Positions 24,419 to 38,429 of a stretch of DNA of 64,000 nucleotides are shown in pieces. The position numbers were made by a program, and so were the translations under genes. The stretch lies in NCBI GenBank assembly GCA_977017645.1, contig OZ360221.1:11966001-12030000 (forward strand), written 5' to 3'. Position 1 is the stretch's first letter. Each line of letters begins with the position of its first letter. Source of the stretch: Torpedo marmorata (Eukaryota). The notes beneath the pieces are model-generated. The model saw nothing but the letters and a program-made list of their open reading frames with translations, had not been told where the DNA came from and made no database searches.

Positions 24419-24894
24419 TCCTTAATATAATGCATTGTAGTAATGTAGTTGGTGTATTTTATGTACCTGCGTGGCTGCAGCAAGCAAGAATTTCAGTGCA
24501 TCTGTGAGTTTGTACTTGTGTGCATGACAATAAATTCTCATCTCCTCTCTTCAAATCAATCAAATAGGAATATCCCCGTTTTCATATTGGATATTCATCC
24601 ATTCCTTGCATTGACAATTCTTTCCAATGAAACGTTATGGGCTCTGTTTTACAAATGGTTTAACATTAAATTTAATATCCAGTCACCTGCAGAAATTCAT
24701 AAATCCAAATGTTTGTAGCCAGGCATATATTGCAGAGACAAGTGAGATGCAGGCAACTTGTCGTTAAGTTACTGGTCAGAAATGGTACCCCATGGATCAC
24801 CAGATATCCTTGGTATCAATGTGTGAGCAATAGTGATAATCGGGTAACTGTAAACATGGAGTGTATTGACCCATTGATCACCAGATAATCATAT

Positions 24895-26375
24895 TATTTT
24901 GGGGGCAAAAAAGAGGATGTTAAATTAAATAATAAAGGGCTAAGAGGACAACCCTGTCTAGTTTCTCGAAATAGCCTAAAAAGTGAAGATTTTTGATAAT
25001 TCGTAATTACAGCAGTGGCTGGAGCTTGATAAATCAAGTTAATCCAAGAGATAAAACCAGGGCCAAAATTAAATCTTTTCAAAACTTCAAACAGATATTT
25101 CCATTACACTCTATCAAAAGCCTTTTCTGCATCTAACGACACTACACATTCTGGAGTTTTAAGCAATGGGGAATAAATTATATTCATTAATCTACGGATA
25201 TTGAAATGTGAATATCGATTCTTTATAAATCCTGTTTGGAAAAAATTCTTCCTCAGATTATCTTTATAGACCAATCTATTAGCTAAAATCTTGGAAAGAA
25301 TTTTAGAATCAATATTCAATAACGATAGTGGTCTATAGGAAGCACAATCAGAAGGGTCTTTATCCTTTTTAGGAATTAAGGAAATTGACGCTTCATAAAA
25401 TGTCCGTGACAAGGTTCTAAAAAGATTAGGATCACTAAATACCTTACAAAGTCGGGGGGTAAGTATATTAGCAAAACATTTAAAAAACTCAATGGTATAA
25501 CCATCCGGGCCTGGCGCTTTGCCAGACTGAAGGGAAGAAATTGCTTTAAAAATTTCCATCTCTGAAATTGGAGCTTCCAATAAAAGTTGATCATTAGGAG
25601 AAATTTTAGGGATATTCAACCGTTGCAGGAATTTATCCATAGAAACAGAATTGTCGAGAAACTCAGATTTATATAAATCAGAATAGAATTCCTGAAATGT
25701 CTTCATGATCAACATGATTCAAACACAATGCTACCAATCTTTTTTACAAATTTTAGTAATCTGTCTTTTGGCCATAGCTGATTTTTAATTGACTAGCTAA
25801 CAATTTACCTGATTTATCCCCATGTATATAAAACTGACTTTTAAGTTTAAGAAGTTGGCTTTCAATAGGGTATGTTAAAAGTAAATCATTTTGCATTTGA
25901 AGTTGTACCCTTTCCTTATAAAGATCAGCATTAGGCATCCTTGAATATACTCTATCAATTTCTTTAATCTATTATTCAGTAGCAATAATTCTTCCTTTGT
26001 ACGTTTTCTTAACCCAGCTGAATAGAAAATTATTTGTCCCCGAAGGTATGCCTTAAACGTATCCCAGACAGTTAAACTCGACATTTCCTCAGTTAAATTC
26101 GTTAAGCAAAAATAAGAGATTTGCTCCTTAATAAAGTCTACAAATTTTTCATCTTGAAGTAAGGTCGAATTAAACCGCCACTGCTGGGCTCCGGATGTGA
26201 CATCAGAGAGTGTAAAAGAGAGCTTCAAAGGCGCATGATCAGAAACAGCAATTGCGCCGTAGGCACAATCCATTACCGAGGGAACTAATCGATTATCAAC
26301 AAAGAAATAATCAATCCTAGAATATTGATGATAAACATGTGAAAAAAAAGAAAACTCTTTATCATTAGGGTGTTA
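24895..26375 (-). mobile_element. L1/Tx1 LINE internal fragment (EN end to RT)
   Basis: SDHAP (EN), GKAPGPDG, SYRPLSLLNIDSKIL, SLDAEKAFDRV, TRQGCPLSPLLF, with frameshifts. Confidence 0.92.
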
Positions 26376-26759
26376 TTTGAGAAAGTCTGAAGTGTGCATT
26401 CTAAAACCAATTCTACCAACACCTCGACAGGTCATATTCAGTGCCCGTCAGTACCTTTTTGCCACTGTCCTGGCAGACTCCCAGGACCTAGATTAGTTTA
26501 AAGAGGCTCATTTGGATTGTGTCAATTCACTTTGATTCAGGTTTTTTTTGGTTATTTTTCAAACTTGCTTTTGCCTTTGTTCAAGATGTTTAAAATTTGA
26601 AAGTTGTCATTTGGACCCTTGTTCTCTTCTGGTTTGCTCTGCAATATAACCTTTAGTTTTGTTTTAAATGTGACTCATCCACAGCATACTCAAAGACTAG
26701 CTGAATCCCATGCTCTGTCCACTAACTACAAGTCAAATCAGGACTAGTCTGTTGTACTA

Positions 26760-26945
26760 GAGACTGCATGCTGTAATCTGGAGCAAACAAAAACAAACCG
26801 CGGGAGAAACTCAGCTGGGCAGGCAGCATCTGTGGAGGCAGAGAGATGGTTGCTGTTTGGGTCGTGTCCTGATGCAAGGTCTTGACCTGAAATGTCAACC
26901 ATCACAGATGTTACTTGACCCTCCTGAGTTGCTCCAGTGGATTGT
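26760..26945. mobile_element. Old Penelope-type pLTR fragment with inverted halves
   Basis: GAAACTCAG..CTGAGTTGCTCCAG inverted arms around CTGATGCAAGGTCTTGACCTGAAA. Confidence 0.55.
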
Positions 26946-26957
26946 TTGACACTAGTC

Positions 26958-27188
26958 CAGCCATTCTCAACGGGGGCTCTACGGCCCCTCGAGGGGCCAC
27001 AGCACATTTAAGTAAAAGCCTTGTTTTCTTTTCACCTCACGTAACATAAATACTTTTTGTTTTTTACGTAGTTGGTAGGAGAGAAGTGCAGAAGAATCCA
27101 AAACTTGACTGCTTCACAGGGGAGGGGCCCATAAATTTTGAGCAGAGACCAAAAGGGGCCATAGCCGAAGAAAGATTGAGAATGGCTG
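26958..27188. mobile_element. hAT-type MITE, second copy of the 6960 family
   Basis: Same TIR CAGCCATTCTCAA...TTGAGAATGGCTG and same internal sequence. TSD degraded. Confidence 0.8.
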
Positions 27189-28139
27189 CTCTCTTCCATT
27201 ATACTGTTGCCTCAAGCTGGGTTAGAATTGGGGCAGTTTGTTTTACGGGGTGGTGCCTACGTCCTTGCATGATGGTTCGTGATCAAATAGTCTGCCAGCT
27301 TTTTCCATTGACGCTCATGGATAAAACACAGAATTGCCAGAAAAGGGTACTGGAGACCAGGAGCACCTGTTATCAAGGTGTTGGTAGAATGATATGGGCA
27401 GAGATCCAAAGGCACTCACTGTTGGATTCTGATTCCATGCTCAAGTTTGTTCCTGCTCCAATTATCGCTAGCTGGCGATGCCAAAGAGGCTTGTAATCAG
27501 GGATCATTTGGGACTTTTGAGAATGATGGTCAGGGGAGTACAGAAATCAGCAGCATGCTGCTTTTGCGTTGAATTTGCAAAACAATGGAGACCTTGCATC
27601 TGGGAAAGTCATTGGAATATATGAAACGGTAAGCATTTGATTTGATATCCACACTGGGAGCTGGACAGTATGGAGCTGTCTCTCTTTACCATTTTGATAT
27701 TGTAACAGCATGATGTTATTCTGTGGCTGTCTGTCACTTCAAAAGATGTATAAAATTTAACAAAACTTCTTTAACCTCTGCACTTCATTTGAAGTGCCTC
27801 TCTGGTGGGTCATGCAAGCTGACCTGAAACATTGTGTTTGAAAGGACCAGGTTTTGGTGGATTCTGCTTCAGCACCTGCCCTCGTTACAATTCGCCATAG
27901 TTCCCCTTGGGGGCTACTCTGTGTTTAAATAGGCTCAAGAGGCCGAGATTCAGGCCTTCTTCCTCTAAAGCTCAGTTTCCACATTTGATCTTGTGATTTA
28001 TGTCTTCCTTGTCCGTCTTTATCTCCACTCCCAAATCTCTTATTTATCTCTGTTCAATTTTATATGCTGGGACAGTGCTTGCAAGGATATTAGTTACTCA
28101 TATCATGAATGTTGTTACCACAAATTCGTAATTATGCAA

Positions 28140-29580
28140 ATGGGTGCCATTAATAAATTAATAAGAAGGCGAATGCAATGTTGGCATTCATTTCTAGAGG
28201 AATGGCAGACAAGAGCAGGGATGTAATGTTGAGACTCTATAAAGCACTGGTGAGACCTCACTCTGAGTACTGTGTACAGTTTTGAGTGCCGTATTTTAGA
28301 ATAGATGTGCTGGTGTTGGAGAGGGTTCAGAGAAGATTTACTGGAATGATACCAGGAATGAAAGGGTTAGCATATGAGGAACAATTGTCAGCTCTTGGAC
28401 TGTACTCGTTGGAGTACAGAAGGATGAGGGGGGGACCTCATAGAGGCATTTTGAATGCTGAAAGGCCTGGACAGAGTATATGTGACAAGAATGTTTCCCA
28501 TGGTAGGGGATTCTAGGACAAGAGGGCATAATTTCAGGATAAAAGGGCGTCAATTTTAAACAGAAGATGCGGAAAAATTTCTTTAGTCAGAGGGTCGTGA
28601 GTCTGTGGAACTTGTTGCCACAGGCGGCTTTGGAAGCAAGGTTGTCGACAGGTATTTGATTAGTCAGGGCATCAAGGGTTACGGTGAGAAAGCTGGGGGG
28701 TGGGGCTGAGTGGGAGGATGGATCAGCTCATGATTAGAATGGCGGAGCAGTCTCGGACCAATGGGCCTAGTTCTGCTCCTATATCTTGTGATCTTGTGAA
28801 TATTGTGCATATTTAAGCTATGTAAGATAACCAGCACAACCAATTGGAAGGCAGAATACAATGTTAATAGGAGGGCTCTGAGCGATGTGTACGAACTGAG
28901 AGGTCTTGGTGTCCATGTCTATAGGACACTTAAAGCTGTTGCATGGGTTGATAGCATTCTTATGAAGGCCAATGGAGTGTTGGCCTTCATTAACTGTGGA
29001 ATCAAATTCAAGAGCCAAGAGGTAATGACAGACCGTGGTTAGACCCCACTTGGAATATTGTGTTAATTTCTAGTCACCTCCCTACAGGAAAGATGTGGAG
29101 AGAGAAAGCAGGGGAGATTTACAAGGATGTTGCCTGGATTGAAGAGCATGTCTTGTGAGGATAGGTTGAGTGAACTTGGTCTTTTCTCCGTGGAGTGACG
29201 GAGGATGAGGGGTGACCTGATAGAGGTGTACAAGATGATGAGAGGCATTGATCGTGTGGACGGCCAGAGGCTTTATCCCAGGGCTGAAATGGCTAACACG
29301 AGGGGGCGTAGTTTTAAGGTGCTTGGGAGTAAGTACAGGGGAAATGTAAGAGGCAAGTTTTTCACAAGAGAGTGGTGGGTGCATGGAATGCCCTGGTGCT
29401 GGAGGCAGCTACAATTGGATCCTTTAAGAAGCTATAAGATGGGTACATGGAACAGAGAAAAATGGAGGGTTATGCAGTAGGGAAATTCTAGTCAGTTGTT
29501 AGAGTAGGTTATTAGGTAGGCACAATGCTGTGGGTCGAAGGGCTTATACAGTGTTGTAGATTTGTATGTTCGATGTTCTA
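28140..29580 (+). mobile_element. Two tandem CR1 3' fragments
   Basis: LERVQRRFTGMIPG and MRGDLIEVYKMMRGIDRVD, with two tails (about 28800 and 29580). Confidence 0.85.
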
Positions 29581-29744
29581 ATTTACACCCATTGCAAACG
29601 TTAATGAAAACATTCCGAGTTCTGGGTTGTCAGTCAATCTTCTGGTCAGCAGAAGGAAATGGAAGGAAACTTAGCTGTTGATTGTCCCCATCAACAAGGT
29701 TGACAGGGTGGCAGGACCCCATGTTCATTTTTCTCTCTGGATAA

Positions 29745-30770
29745 TTGAATTGTTTATTGTCATGTGTACTGAGATACAGTGAAAAACTTTGTTTTGCGTG
29801 CTATCCAGGCAAGTCCATGCAAGAATAAAAATATAGTGTTGCAATAAAATAAATGTGCGGAGAAGGCAGCAGTTCAGGGATATTGTTAAAGAGAAAAGTA
29901 CTGTTAAACAGTGCAAGGCATCATCCTTTATGACTGGGGGGTGGGTCCATTCAAGAGTCCAATAACAGCAGGAAAGAAACTGTCCTTGAATCCGGTGGTG
30001 CATGTTTTTAAACTCGTGTATCTTTGCCTGCAACATGACACATGACTATATTGTACAGTCCGTTTGTTGACATTTCTCTCTTTTGTATACGCATCTTTTC
30101 CTGAGTTCAGTTTTTTGCACTACCGATAAGTAGAAATTCTGTCTGGCCCACAGGACAAAGAATCTCAGGGTTGTATGTGATGTGAACTTTGAACTTTGAC
30201 GGGAGGAGGTAGAAGAGAGTTTGACTGGGGTGGGACGTGTCCTTTAATTTGTTGGCTGCTTTCCCGAGGCAGCGTAAGAGTGGATGGAGGGAAGTGTGAT
30301 GGCCTGCGCTGCATTTGCAACTCTCTGCAGTTTCTTGTGGTCTTCCCATCCCACACTGTGATGCATCTGGACAGGAGATATTCTACATTACATCTGTAAA
30401 AATTGATAAGGGACACTGGAAGCGTGCCAAATTTCTTCAGGCCTCTGAGGAAGTAGAGGCGCTGGTGCACTTTCTTATGTCGTGTCAACGGAATGCACTG
30501 TCCTGACCACATAACTCATTGTTGCGTAAGTAATAGCCCATCTGGCCCATCGAGCCTGCTCCATCATTCAATAAGATCACGGCTGATCTGGCCATGGATT
30601 CAGCTCTGCTTATCCACCTGTCCCCCAGAACCTTGATTTCCCTACTATGCAAAAGTCTATCAATTTGTATCTTAAATGCATTCAATGAGGCAGCCTCCAC
30701 TGCTTCCTTGGGCAGAGAATTCCACAGATTCACTACTTTCTGGGAGAAGCTGTTGCTCCTCATCTTTGTC
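29745..30770 (-). mobile_element. Cluster of Rex and CR1 fragments
   Basis: QRLYFLRGLKKFG..NFYRC (Rex) and NSFSQKVVNLWNSLP (CR1). Confidence 0.75.
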
Positions 30771-31204
30771 ATTGCAGTCAGTGGGTCAGTTTAGGCAAAA
30801 GCAGATTCACGATATGAATCGGGAAGATGACCCAACATTATCCTAAAACAAGGCTGAAGATGATTTTTTTTGATGCCCGAGTATATTCAGTTCTTTACAT
30901 GGACACGCCTGGCATTAGCATACCAAGATCTTCTCACCTGGGCTGCGTTGGTCCTAACCTAAGGATTTAAATATCCTCACAGATGCCCAACAGCAGGCCT
31001 TGGATTGGCCGGTCAAGCTCTGCTACCTCACTTAGGGATGAGACTCATCAAGGGGCCCTTGATGAACAAACTTCCTTGCTGAAGGATTGCAGGACGGTAT
31101 TGTCGACATTCAACCACGTGGGTGCTAGTTCATTTTGTCGACAGGAGAAATCAATTTCTTTGCATCTTGGTGTACTGGTCCAGGGATATTCAATGCACAG
31201 GACA

Positions 31205-31580
31205 GGGAGTTGTGAACTCGGCCAGCGACATCATGGGCTCCATTAAGGACATCTACAAGAGGCGGTGTCTCAAAAAAGCAGCCTCTATCCTCAAGGACCC
31301 TCACCACCCAGGCCATGCCCTCTTCACACTGCTACCATCAGGAAGAGGGTATAGGAGCCTGAAGATGAACACCCTACAGTACAAAAACAGCTTCTTCCCC
31401 TCTGTCATCAAATTTCTGAATGGACAATGAACCTCAGACACTACCTCACTTTCTCTTATTTTTGCACTAATTTATTTATTTTTTAATAATGTGATTTATA
31501 GCAATTTTTGAACCGATAATGCTGGCACAAAAGAACGAATTTTGTGACACGTGTTCATGATAATAAATTCTGATTCTGAT
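31205..31580 (+). mobile_element. Rex1/Babar 3' fragment
   Basis: [25 protein letters not shown], (ATTCTG)n tail. Confidence 0.88.
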
Positions 31581-32069
31581 TTTGCTTTCCAAGATGGAGA
31601 AACTCCTCGTAATTCACAACTGGACATCTAGGATGAGAGGCTGAACAAACGTCCCAACTACTTCCAATATTTTGTTCTAAGCTGTTGGCTAAGCATTCAC
31701 ATACTCGTCCTCTGCTAAACACAGCATTTCCATAGGAGCTGAACTTTAAGCGATATTGCAGGCCTTTCTTTTGTAAGATGTTAGGAGTAGCTTCCAGAAT
31801 ACTTTCAGCACTGTCTTTGCTCAGGCTATGGCTCCTTTTAACTGTCTCCATGCGCCATGCTGACCCATCCCTCTCTGTTGAAATTGAAGGGAGATCGATC
31901 CTGCTCTTCCCCCAGTGCTAAATGCTATAGTTTGGCAGCAACTGCGCCAAACAGCCAGATCCAATAGAATGAAAGTATGGTTGGAAAGCAGCTGGAGCCA
32001 TTTTTGGAGCCAAATTTACTGGTGGGTTTTGTGTGGACAAACTTAATGACTTAAAAATAATCAACATTG

Positions 32070-32545
32070 CTTGCATATTGATGTTTCAATGTGAAACTTG
32101 CAAAGACAACAATAAAATAAAGTATTAACAAATCTTGTATAACAATACAAATAATGTTGAAACCTATGTTACATTAAAAGGAAAAATAAAAAGAAAACCA
32201 CTATACTAATTTCTAAATATCGATCCCCTACCTTCGGAGGCTGCACAAACAATCCACTACTAATAATAAAAAAAAGGGAAGGTAAATATTGGGTTCAAAA
32301 AACAGAAACTAATTGATCTTACAAATTTTGAAAGTAATTAAGAAAAGAACCCCATAAAGAAACAAAATTAAGATTCATATCAGTAGTGGAACATTGCATT
32401 TTTTCCAAAGTCAGACATGCCATCATATTGATCATGAGTGGGAGGGACAGCATTTTTCCATCTCATTAAAATGGCCCTTTTTGCGATAAGGGAGGCGAGG
32501 GCAACTACATGGGATTGAGAAGCAGTCAAAATTAAACCAGCTGCT
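32070..32545 (-). mobile_element. L1 3' fragment
   Basis: Minus-strand ASLIAKRAILMRWK..LEKMQC-like remnant and T-rich UTR. Confidence 0.65.
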
Positions 32546-33499
32546 GTTAAAACTGCTGTTTTTTGATTAGTTTTTAATTTCTTCTACTGTCATAATTCAG
32601 CAAGAATGTGCTGTTGTTTGTTTAAAATCTTCAGCAATACTGGGCTCAGGGGCCCTCTTGGCACCTTTTAAAATCCCTTTAACCTGTTCTAGCAAGCTCT
32701 GTGTGCAGATTTTTTCCCCTCTATTTCCTTCCTACTTCATTTACTATGTCCATCCATTCTGCTGATATCTTTAACACTTAGTTTTTCCTCTAATCATCAA
32801 TGCTCAGCATTAAGCACTCTGTTTTTCCGCAGTCTACTACCTTTCAGCACCATTTCTCCGTAAATATCACTTACACTTGGCCATGACAGAATCTAGTATT
32901 TCTGTGCAGTTTATTGTTGGGGTTTCTTTGAACAGATTATCTGAGTTTAATTCTGTCATTTTCGTGATCCCACGATTGGAAAGTAATCCTTGGCGCCTTT
33001 CCTCCAGAGTTTTGGAAGTGGGATAAGCTTGATTTTACACTAAATAACTTCCCTCAGCTCCCTAAAAAGACTCTCCTTCTGTTCGGTGAACTGTTTTGCT
33101 CTTTGAGTACGTGTGTTTGAAGCTCTCTTACACTCGGCCTGCACTAATCGCAAGTGCAGATGTTAGGTGAAGTTAAACCAATATTATTTCTTCACTGCCT
33201 TGCGCAGAGAAAACTGTAGCTAATCATGGGGCCTTCTGGAGACGATTGTGCTTTTCCTTTAAGTTCGTGTCAATTTAAGACCAAGTATTTGGGGAGAATG
33301 TATTGCCGGTAAACGTGCTCATGGAAGAATTATAGGGAAATGAAATCCAAAGTGGGTTTGTTTGTCAGGTGAAAGATAGGAAGTGGTTGTGGTTGAAGTT
33401 TCTTTTTCTATATTTCTAATGGTTGTATAATCGTTGTTTGGCAATGTTCATTGTGTAATTGCCACAGAAAGGTAGAGACTTTCTGTTGAGGAATGAGTG

Positions 33500-34400
33500 T
33501 CAGAATCAGATTTATTGTCATGAACATGTGTCACACAATTTGTTGTTTTGTGGCAGCATTATTGTGTATTACAGGAGCAAAAATTGCTGGAAATTACATT
33601 TCCGTAAATACACTATATAAAAATAAATAGTGCAAAAGAAGAGAAAAAAAGTGAGGTGGTGTCTGTGGTTCAATGTCCGTTCAGAAATCTGATGGCGGAG
33701 GGGAAGAAGCTGTCTTTGTAATGTTGGGTGTTCGTCTTCAGGCTTCTGTATCTCCTTCCCGATGGTAGCAGTGTGAAGAGGGCATGGCCTGGGTGGTGGG
33801 GGTCCTTGATGATAGAGGCTGCTTTCTTGAGACACCGCCTCTTGTAGATGTCCTTCATGAGTTCACAACCCTCTGTAGTCTTTTCCTGTCCTGTTCATTG
33901 GCACCTCAGTACCAGACAGTGATGCAACCAGTCAGAATGCTCTCCATGGTACACCTACAGAAATTTGCAAGTCTTTGGTGACATACCGAATCTCCTCAAA
34001 CTTCCAACAAAATATAGCCGCCGGCGTGCCTTCTTCATGATTGCATCGACATGAAGTCCCCAGGATAGATCTTCAGAGATGTTGACACCCAGGAATTTGA
34101 AGTTCTTTACCCTTTCCACTGCTGACCCCTCGATGAGGACTGGTTTGTGTTCTCCTGGTTTTCCCTTCCTGATGTCCACAATCAGTTCCTTAGTTTTTCT
34201 AACTTTGCTAAAGATGTTGTTATGACACCACACAACTAGGTAATCTATCTCACTCCTGTACGCTTTCTCACTGCAGTGTGTGGTTCTGCCGCCAACTGTG
34301 GTGCCATCGGCAAATTTGTAGATGGCATTTGAATTGTTCCTAGCCACACAGTGATGGGTCTAAAGAGAATAGAACAGTTGGCTAAGCACGCACCCTTGAG
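33500..34400 (-). mobile_element. Rex1/Babar RT and 3' fragment
   Basis: [34 protein letters not shown]. Confidence 0.9.
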
Positions 34401-35569
34401 GTATTTAGTAGTGTGTGTGTGTGTGATGTACCGATACCTTTGTAACAAATGCAGTGTATTTTATAGAGAAGGAAAACCAGTCATTAACCTGGAGCCTGAA
34501 ATTTACAAGCACTTGCAATTGCCCTCTGATTGACCGGAGGAGTTTACGAGCAATTGTGTTTAAATATATTTGCCTATATTAAGCCGCTGAATTTGTACGT
34601 CTTTCAAGAGCAGACTAACTAAAGAAGCCAGGAATTTTCCCTACTGTTTATCCTGCAATTATTAAGACGTGCTTTTTGGTTACATAATATTCTGGAATGC
34701 AGGGACCAGAATTGAGTTGCTGCTGTTTACTGCCTACTTCCATAACTTTCATTTCATCGACACAGGAGTGTGATTATGTGTCTTGTGTTATTGCAAAAAT
34801 TGCATTGGTATAAGATCTTGCCAATGAGCCCCAGGTTGAGCAGACTATCTGCATGACTTCTGTGCTCATTTTCCTGCTGTGCATTACCATGCAGATTTGC
34901 AAAAGCTCTGGTTGCCATTCTGCGTCAGTTGTTCATGGTCCTCCAGTGAGAGTGTGGCTGCTTGGCAGACATTTCCTCGTCTTTCCACAGCTCACCCTGT
35001 CTCGCTGTGAAAGGATATTTTTGGAACCTTTCCAACTTGCTTGAACTCCAGAATGACACTGAGGTTCAAGCAATAATTTGGTGTATTACTGCCACACTGG
35101 CTTTGTTTTCCCCCATTCACTCAATCCCACTGCCGATTTCCTCTGATTTCCATTTCTGCCCCTTTGCTATTCTCTGGCAGCCTGTATCCCAGATTTGTGA
35201 AGCTGAGCAAGTGCATAGTATGATTTGCAGAAGCAAAAGTTCCTTGTTTTATGCATTATTATAGTCACTGGTTCATTCTGGGCTGAGCCCCTCACATTGA
35301 TCTGGCCACTCAATGCTCAAGTTTGCTTTATCAAGATTCATTTAATGCATTACCTACATTTTAAGTACAACAAACTTATCACAAATTGGTCATCTTGCTC
35401 TGAGGCGCCAGGAACCGGAGAACGCTGTTTCGTCTGTTTATTGTGTTGACCACCAATAAACTTGACTTGAGCATGGATCAGTATGTGAAATTACAATGCT
35501 GTGGCCCTTACGGAGACTTGGCTTTTGCAAGTGCAGGCAGGATTGGTTGATTAAAGTTCTGGGGCTTAG

Positions 35570-37370
35570 ATGTTTCAAAAGGGATAGGGAGGGAGGTAAA
35601 TGAGGAAGGGGTGGCATTGCTAATCAGGGATAGTATCACAGCTGCAGAAAAGGGAGGATGCCTACTGACTCATTGCGGGTGGAAGTCCGAAACATGAAGG
35701 GAACAATTACTCTACTGGGAGTAGTCTCCAGACCCCCAATAGCCACCGGACCACCAAGCAGATCAGTCAACAGATTTTGCAAAGGTGCAAAAATAATGGT
35801 TGTTGTCATGAGAGACTTCAACTTCAACTTCCCCAGTAATGACTGGCACCACCTTAGTGCAAAAGTGTTAGATGGGGCAGAATTTGTGAGATGTGTCCAA
35901 GAAGGATTCCTGACACTGTGTGTGGACAAACCAACTGGAGGAGAGGCCATACTGGATCTAGTACAGGGTAACGAGCCTTGTCAGGTGACAGACCTCTGGG
36001 TGGGGGAGCATTTCGGAGACAGTGACCACAACTCCCTGACCTTTATCATAAGGATAGGAGCAGGCGATATGGCAATGTATTTAATTGGGGGAGGACTAAT
36101 TACATGGTATTATACATAGGGTTACCAGATTTGCCAAATAGAAATACAGGACACCCTGTTCAAATTTAAATTCATATAAGTTTTTAAGTATATAAGTTTT
36201 TCCCATGTAGTAATATTATTTTATCTCAATGTGCGAATGTATATGCAAATTAGAAATAATTTGAATTTATACAGGAACTTGGGAGTGTTAATTGGGAACA
36301 GATATTCTCAGGGAAATGCACAGCAAGAATGTGCAGGATAATTTGGGACCACTTGCATTGCATTCTGGATAGATTTGTCGCACTGAGACAGGGAAGGGAT
36401 GGTAGAATAAAGGAACCATGGTTGACAAGAGAGGTGGAACAATTAGTCAAGAGGAAGAAGGAAGCATACTTAAGATTTAGGAGACAAAAATCAGACAGTG
36501 CTCTTGAGAAGTGTGTGATAGCCAGGAAGGAACTTAAAAGGGGACGTGAGAAGGCCATGCTTGGCAAGTGGGATTAGGATAAACCCCAAGGCGTTCTGCA
36601 TGTACATGTAGAACAGGAGAATGACGAGAGTGGGGGTCAGTAGGGATAAAGGCGGGGGTACGTGCCTGGAGGCAGAGGAGGCGGGGAGGGGTTCAGAATG
36701 AATACTTTGCTTCAGTGCTCATCAGAAAGCGAGACTTGGTGAATGTGAGGTCAATGTATAACAGGCTATTGCACTGTAGTATGTCGAGGTTAAGAAAGAG
36801 ATAGTGTTGGAGATTCTGAAAAACATTCAGATAGATAAGTCCCCGAGGCCGGGTGGGATTTATCCAAGGTTACAACAGAAAGCGAGGGAAAAGATCGTTG
36901 ATGATGATGTTTGCATCCTCCCTGGCTACAGGATTGGAGGATGGCAAATGTTGTTCCTTGTTCAAGAGATGTAAATTGAAGAATCCTGGGAATTAAAGAC
37001 CTCTGTCTTGCATCAGTGGTGGGCAAATTATGGGAGAGGATTCTTAGGGACAGTATTTACGAGCTTTTGGAGAAACAATCTTTTGAGGGGCTTTGTGAGG
37101 GGAAAGCACGTTAGACCACAGTTAGAATAATATGCTGATAACTCACGCTTTCAGAAACGTGTGTTAGCAGTGGAGAGGGTGCTGAGATTTACTGAGATGT
37201 TGCTGGGGCTGAAGAATTCGTGTTCTGAGGAGATTTAGCTAGGCTGGGGTTGTTTTCTTTGGAACAGAGGTGGCTAAGTTGTATAAAATTATGCGAGGCC
37301 TAGCCTGGGTGAACAGGAAGGACCTATTTCCCTTGTCAGGGAAGTAAATTTTGAGGGGAAATTAGATTTA
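35570..37370 (+). mobile_element. Degenerate CR1 ORF2 (EN to RT)
   Basis: DFNF..AILDLV..GEHFGDSDHN, PWLTREV. Confidence 0.85.
36117..36266. mobile_element. One-ended hAT-type MITE (MER53/Blackjack-like left end)
   Basis: TAGGGTTACCAGATTTGCCAAATAGAAATACAGGACACCCTG start, flanked by a TTATACA duplication inside the CR1. Confidence 0.55.
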
Positions 37371-37984
37371 TTTCTTCTTATATTACTTCAATGCTGAATT
37401 CACAAGAATTTATTTCAATAAATCCTGAAATGTTTTTCTTTGTGAAAAGACCAAAATGTTGTCTCCTGAACCTGCACCTGCCCTTGTGTATCTAATGTAC
37501 ATGCTCTAGGCTAGGACTCAATATTTGTGTGCCCTCTTAACTTTCTCACCATTTCCGATGAAGTGCCATGCTAGAGGCTTTGTCCCATAACCACCTCCTC
37601 TTGGGCCTTACTACTTGATCTAGGATGGCTGAGTGTAGAGGAATCTCTGTGGAACTACGTAAATTTGTCATTTTCTGTTAGGATGGCTGTTGAAATGGAT
37701 GTGTAGTGTTGGCACTAAATCAGTTTCTGGAGTAAGAAGGGTGGTGAAACAGGACCTTGAACAGTGGCTCGTGTTGCTTCTGATGCTGGTTGGTTTTGAC
37801 GTGCAAGTAGGATGGCGTGGTGGCTGTGGTCCGAGATGGTCCCTGTTGCGTGGGTCTGTAGAGATGGAATGTGTCAAAGGAAAAGATGTGGTGCTGTAAA
37901 ATGGTGGCTGTTAAAGTAGCCCAGACTTGCATTGCTGCAGTTCATATGTCACATTTTGTTCATAAAGCCTTTTAAATTAATTTT

Positions 37985-38193
37985 TTAAAATTTAAATTTA
38001 GACGTATGAGCCCGTGCCCCCCAAATACACCAATTAACCTTCAACCCACGTACGTTTTGAAGTGTGGGAGGAAACGAGAACACCCGGAGCAAACCCACGC
38101 AGACACGAAAGAACGTACAAACTGTTTACAGACAGCGCCGGATTCGAACCTGGGTCACTGGCGCTGTAATGGCATTGCGCTAACTGTGCCGCC
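37985..38193 (-). mobile_element. V-SINE (HE1-like)
   Basis: Reverse complement. A partial inverted copy lies at 38971-39069. Confidence 0.85.
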
Positions 38194-38429
38194 CCTTTTA
38201 GTTTGTAAACGTGGAGAGTGAGCTGTGTGGGTATTGCTTGTGTACCACTTTCAGAGCTGTAAGTCTGATGCACTCTGGCAAGTAGATCGAGATCAGTGTG
38301 GTAAACCGATCCTGCTGCAGACTGAGTTTTGGGCTCCCCATATCCTCACCTTAATTCATTCGGTGCAGAATGGAGTTCAGGTTCAAGTTTATTGGTACAT
38401 GCGCCAAGATGCAGTGATAGATGTTGTAT

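Noticed and set aside
24793-24890. Direct repeat GATCACCAGATA
   Set aside because: 12-bp repeat with no recognisable element between the copies.
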